Shown piece after piece: positions 61,261-64,000 of a stretch of DNA of 64,000 nucleotides (its first letter is position 1; each line of letters starts with the position of its first letter). Under the pieces are notes generated by a model. It did not search any database. It saw nothing but the letters and a program-made list of their open reading frames with translations, and was not told the DNA's origin. Made by a program: the position numbers and the translations under genes. This DNA is from Collinsella aerofaciens (GTDB taxonomy: Bacteria > Actinomycetota > Coriobacteriia > Coriobacteriales > Coriobacteriaceae). The DNA is taken from assembly GCA_036299165.1 (NCBI GenBank), contig JAXJHR010000061.1, positions 997 to 64,996 of the forward strand, read 5' to 3'.

Positions 61261-64000
61261 TTATTCGGAGCGCAGGGCTTCGACGGGGTCCTTCTTGGAT
61301 GCGCTGCGGGCAGGCAGCAGGCCGGCAACGACCGTCAACAGCACCGAAATTGCAATGAGCACCAGCGCATCCTGCACGGGCAGGCTCATCAGATTGGGTA
61401 CCTGTTTGGCAGTAAGCGCCCAGGCATTAACCGGGAAGCTCACGGCCACCACGACGACAACAGCAAAGACGCCGGCAATGAGGCCCTCGATAAAGGTCTC
61501 GGCATTGAATACGTTGGCCACGTTACGCTTCGACGCGCCGATCGCACGCAGGATGCCAATCTCCTTTTTGCGTTCCAGCACGCTGATGTAGGTGATGATG
61601 CCGATCATGATGGAGCTCACCACCAGACTGATACTCACGAATGCGATGAGCACCAAGCTGATGGTGTTCACGATGTCGGTCACCGAGCCCATGATGATGC
61701 CCATGTAGTCGGTGTACGAAATTGCCCGATCATCGTGGCCAGCGGCTTTGACCTGCTTGTTGTACGCATCGATGTGATCGAGTACGCGCTCCTTGGCCTC
61801 AAAGTCGCGCGGGAAAATCTTAACCGAGATGGGGTCTGCCTCATCCGCATAGCCCAACGTGGTCAGATTGTTGTCGTAGGTTAGCTTCGACGCCTTGGCA
61901 TAGCTCATCATGAGCGAACTCAGGTCCTCGGCGTCCATGTTGAAATGGATGGCACGAGCAAAGGCGCTCGCATCCACGTGCATGGCGCTCGTCAGGTTGG
62001 CAAAACTCGAAGACATCTGCGTCGCCATCTGGTCCATAAGCCCCGCTGCGCCCGCCTTGAGCTGGGACGATACCGTCGACGCTATCTGCTCGCTGATTGC
62101 CTTCATCACCTGATCCATAGCCTGCTGCAGATACGGAGCCAGCTGCTTTTGCACATAGTCGGTCATCGCCTGTTGCAGGCGCTCGGCCAGGGCATCGCCG
62201 CCGAGCGCCTTCAATTGAGCCAGGCATTGCTGGGCTGCGGCATCATGCTCAAGATACGTCGAGAATGCGGCAGCAAGCTTTGACGCGTCCTTAAGATCAT
62301 CGGGCGACAGCGCCTTAAACTGATCAGACTGCAAAAAGCCCTCAAACAGCTGGTTGGCTAGTGTTCCCACCTGCTGCATTTGCTCGGGCGTGAGTTCCAG
62401 ACCGTCAAAGATACCCGAGAAATCTGGGGTTGGCGCTTTTGCCATGATGTCGCTGAAGTCGATGTCCTTGCCAACGCCCGAAAGGTCAATGTCCAGCCCG
62501 GACAAGTCAAGACCCGACAGGTCCATACCGCCGGCAACACCCGAGAGCGCGGAGGTATCGAACGAGAACGCGCTCTTGAGCGCCGCCTCGTCCACACTGA
62601 ACATGCTGCCCAGATCAACGCCTTGCTTGGCCTCGCCTTGCAGTTCGTCGAAGGTTTTGCCCGTAAAGACATCCGTCTCGGGGTGGGCGAGCTGCTCCTG
62701 CACAATCTGTGAATCGGCGGCGCGCTCCATAAGCTGACGAGTCAGTGCATGCGTATAGGCAATGCCCGGGGTCAATGCGCTCGCGTTGGCCGTCTCGTTA
62801 GGTCGCACCATGCCCACAATGCGCACGTCGATACCGTCGGCAACCTTGGCAGCCATAAAGTCGGCGTCGTCAGACATGTCGGTCCACATGCCGGTCTCTT
62901 CGTTTTTGCGATAGGCGTCGGCCGGCGACAGCACCTTAAACGTCGTGGACAACGCATCGTCGTAGGTAAAATCGGCACCGGTCTCGGGTGCTTTGACCCC
63001 ACCGTCGGCCGTCATGGCACTGTTTACCAGATCGTTGAGCTCATCGATATCCAGCGCACCGATGCTGTAGAGCGTGTAGTCGCCCACCGTACCGCGGCTC
63101 GAAAGCACCATTACGGCTTCGTTTGCAGACGTAGGCCAATGCCCCGCCACGACATCGTACTGGCTGTCGAGCAAGCTCTGGTCGTCAATCATCTCGTTAA
63201 AGACCGAGGTTCCCATGGATTCCATACTCACCGTTGCCGCCGAGCTCGCGCCTCCGCTCATGGCCTTGGTCATGGCGTTGGGCACCAGCCGGACAGGCTT
63301 CTCATCGCCCTTGCCGGCACGATAGACAACCGGCGATACACCGTAGCCGTACTGAATGGCGTTGACCTCTTTATCGATGCCGTCGCCACCGGCATCGAGC
63401 CATGCCTTAAAGCTCGTCATGTCGTTGGACTTAACGCTCGCAAACATATCCTTTACGGCCGTGACCACAGGAATTTTATCGGTTCCCTTAGCCTTGCCGC
63501 CGGCACTGTCGTCGGATGAATCCACGTTTTCAGGCGAGTCATCATCCGCAGCCCCCTGCCCGCCCATCATGGACGACAGGTCGTAATCCTGCTTGGAGAT
63601 GGTGAGCGGGTAGCTCGAGAGCGTATCCTCCTCGACCTTTTTGATGTAGCCGTTTACGCCGTTGGACAGCGCCAGAATCGCCGCGATACCGATAATGCCA
63701 ATCGAGCCCGCAAAGGCAGTCATGGCCGTGCGGCCCTTCTTGGTCATGAGGTTTCGAGCAGAAAGCCCCAGCGCCGTCACAAAGCTCATCGAGGTTTTGC
63801 GCGTAGGCTTAGCCTCGCGACGCGCGGCCTTGGCAACATCAAAGGGATCGGAATCGTCGGTGATCTTGCCGTCCGCCAGGTTGACGATGCGCGTGGCGTA
63901 CCGGTACGCCAGCTCGGGATTGTGCGTGACCATGATGACCAGACGGTCGCGCGCCACGTCCTTGAGCAGGTCCATGACCTGTACGGACGTCGTTGAATCC
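61261..64000 (-). CDS. MacB-like fused ABC ATPase / FtsX-type permease with a very large extracytoplasmic domain (5' end outside window)
   Basis: The frame is open to position 64000 (..LDSTTSVQVMDLLKDVA.. is the ABC D-loop region). TM1 lies near residue 90 of the visible part, then ~660 aa non-membrane, then an FtsX 3-TM bundle at the C-terminus. Confidence 0.85.
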   Translation of the reverse strand, partial: DSTTSVQVMDLLKDVARDRLVIMVTHNPELAYRYATRIVNLADGKITDDSDPFDVAKAARREAKPTRKTSMSFVTALGLSARNLMTKKGRTAMTAFAGSIGIIGIAAILALSNGVNGYIKKVEEDTLSSYPLTISKQDYDLSSMMGGQGAADDDSPENVDSSDDSAGGKAKGTDKIPVVTAVKDMFASVKSNDMTSFKAWLDAGGDGIDKEVNAIQYGYGVSPVVYRAGKGDEKPVRLVPNAMTKAMSGGASSAATVSMESMGTSVFNEMIDDQSLLDSQYDVVAGHWPTSANEAVMVLSSRGTVGDYTLYSIGALDIDELNDLVNSAMTADGGVKAPETGADFTYDDALSTTFKVLSPADAYRKNEETGMWTDMSDDADFMAAKVADGIDVRIVGMVRPNETANASALTPGIAYTHALTRQLMERAADSQIVQEQLAHPETDVFTGKTFDELQGEAKQGVDLGSMFSVDEAALKSAFSFDTSALSGVAGGMDLSGLDLSGLDIDLSGVGKDIDFSDIMAKAPTPDFSGIFDGLELTPEQMQQVGTLANQLFEGFLQSDQFKALSPDDLKDASKLAAAFSTYLEHDAAAQQCLAQLKALGGDALAERLQQAMTDYVQKQLAPYLQQAMDQVMKAISEQIASTVSSQLKAGAAGLMDQMATQMSSSFANLTSAMHVDASAFARAIHFNMDAEDLSSLMMSYAKASKLTYDNNLTTLGYADEADPISVKIFPRDFEAKERVLDHIDAYNKQVKAAGHDDRAISYTDYMGIIMGSVTDIVNTISLVLIAFVSISLVVSSIMIGIITYISVLERKKEIGILRAIGASKRNVANVFNAETFIEGLIAGVFAVVVVVAVSFPVNAWALTAKQVPNLMSLPVQDALVLIAISVLLTVVAGLLPARSASKKDPVEALRSE

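Overview
High-GC bacterial chromosomal segment. The gene content includes a bile-salt-hydrolase-type Ntn hydrolase, thiM/thiE behind a TPP riboswitch, many DMT/MFS/MATE transporters, short-type peptide deformylases and strong GGAGG-type RBSs. This fits a gut Actinomycetota, probably Coriobacteriia (Collinsella-like), but that taxonomic call is inference only. I can support about 62 protein-coding genes, one TPP riboswitch, one weak preQ1-type leader candidate, about 15 stem-loop terminators and several families of intergenic hairpin repeats. I saw no rRNA, tRNA, CRISPR array, transposase, integrase or prophage genes. Most of the window is ordinary housekeeping, transport and regulation. Five things deserve a second look. 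(i) A ~1-kb low-GC islet (59.0-60.2 kb) is bracketed by 78-bp direct repeats and contains a 230-bp palindromic module with tiny hydrophobic ORFs plus an orphan ribbon-helix-helix gene. (ii) An Orc/Cdc6-like AAA+ ATPase gene overlaps by 8 nt a UvrA paralogue that lacks the UvrB-binding region, and this pair sits next to a TetM-like GTPase and a GNAT. (iii) There are two phased tandem arrays of hairpin units (4 x ~62 bp and 3 x 80 bp). (iv) There are three short hairpin-repeat families, one with compensatory stem substitutions. (v) There are unusual domain fusions: XRE-HTH::AlaA-type aminotransferase with a perfect palindrome upstream, XRE-HTH::Zn-ribbon::TipAS, and GGDEF-PAS-degenerate-GGDEF beside an EAL remnant. 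All functional calls come from reading motifs in the supplied translations and sequence. No database search or folding program was run. Start codons were refined by eye from RBS position.
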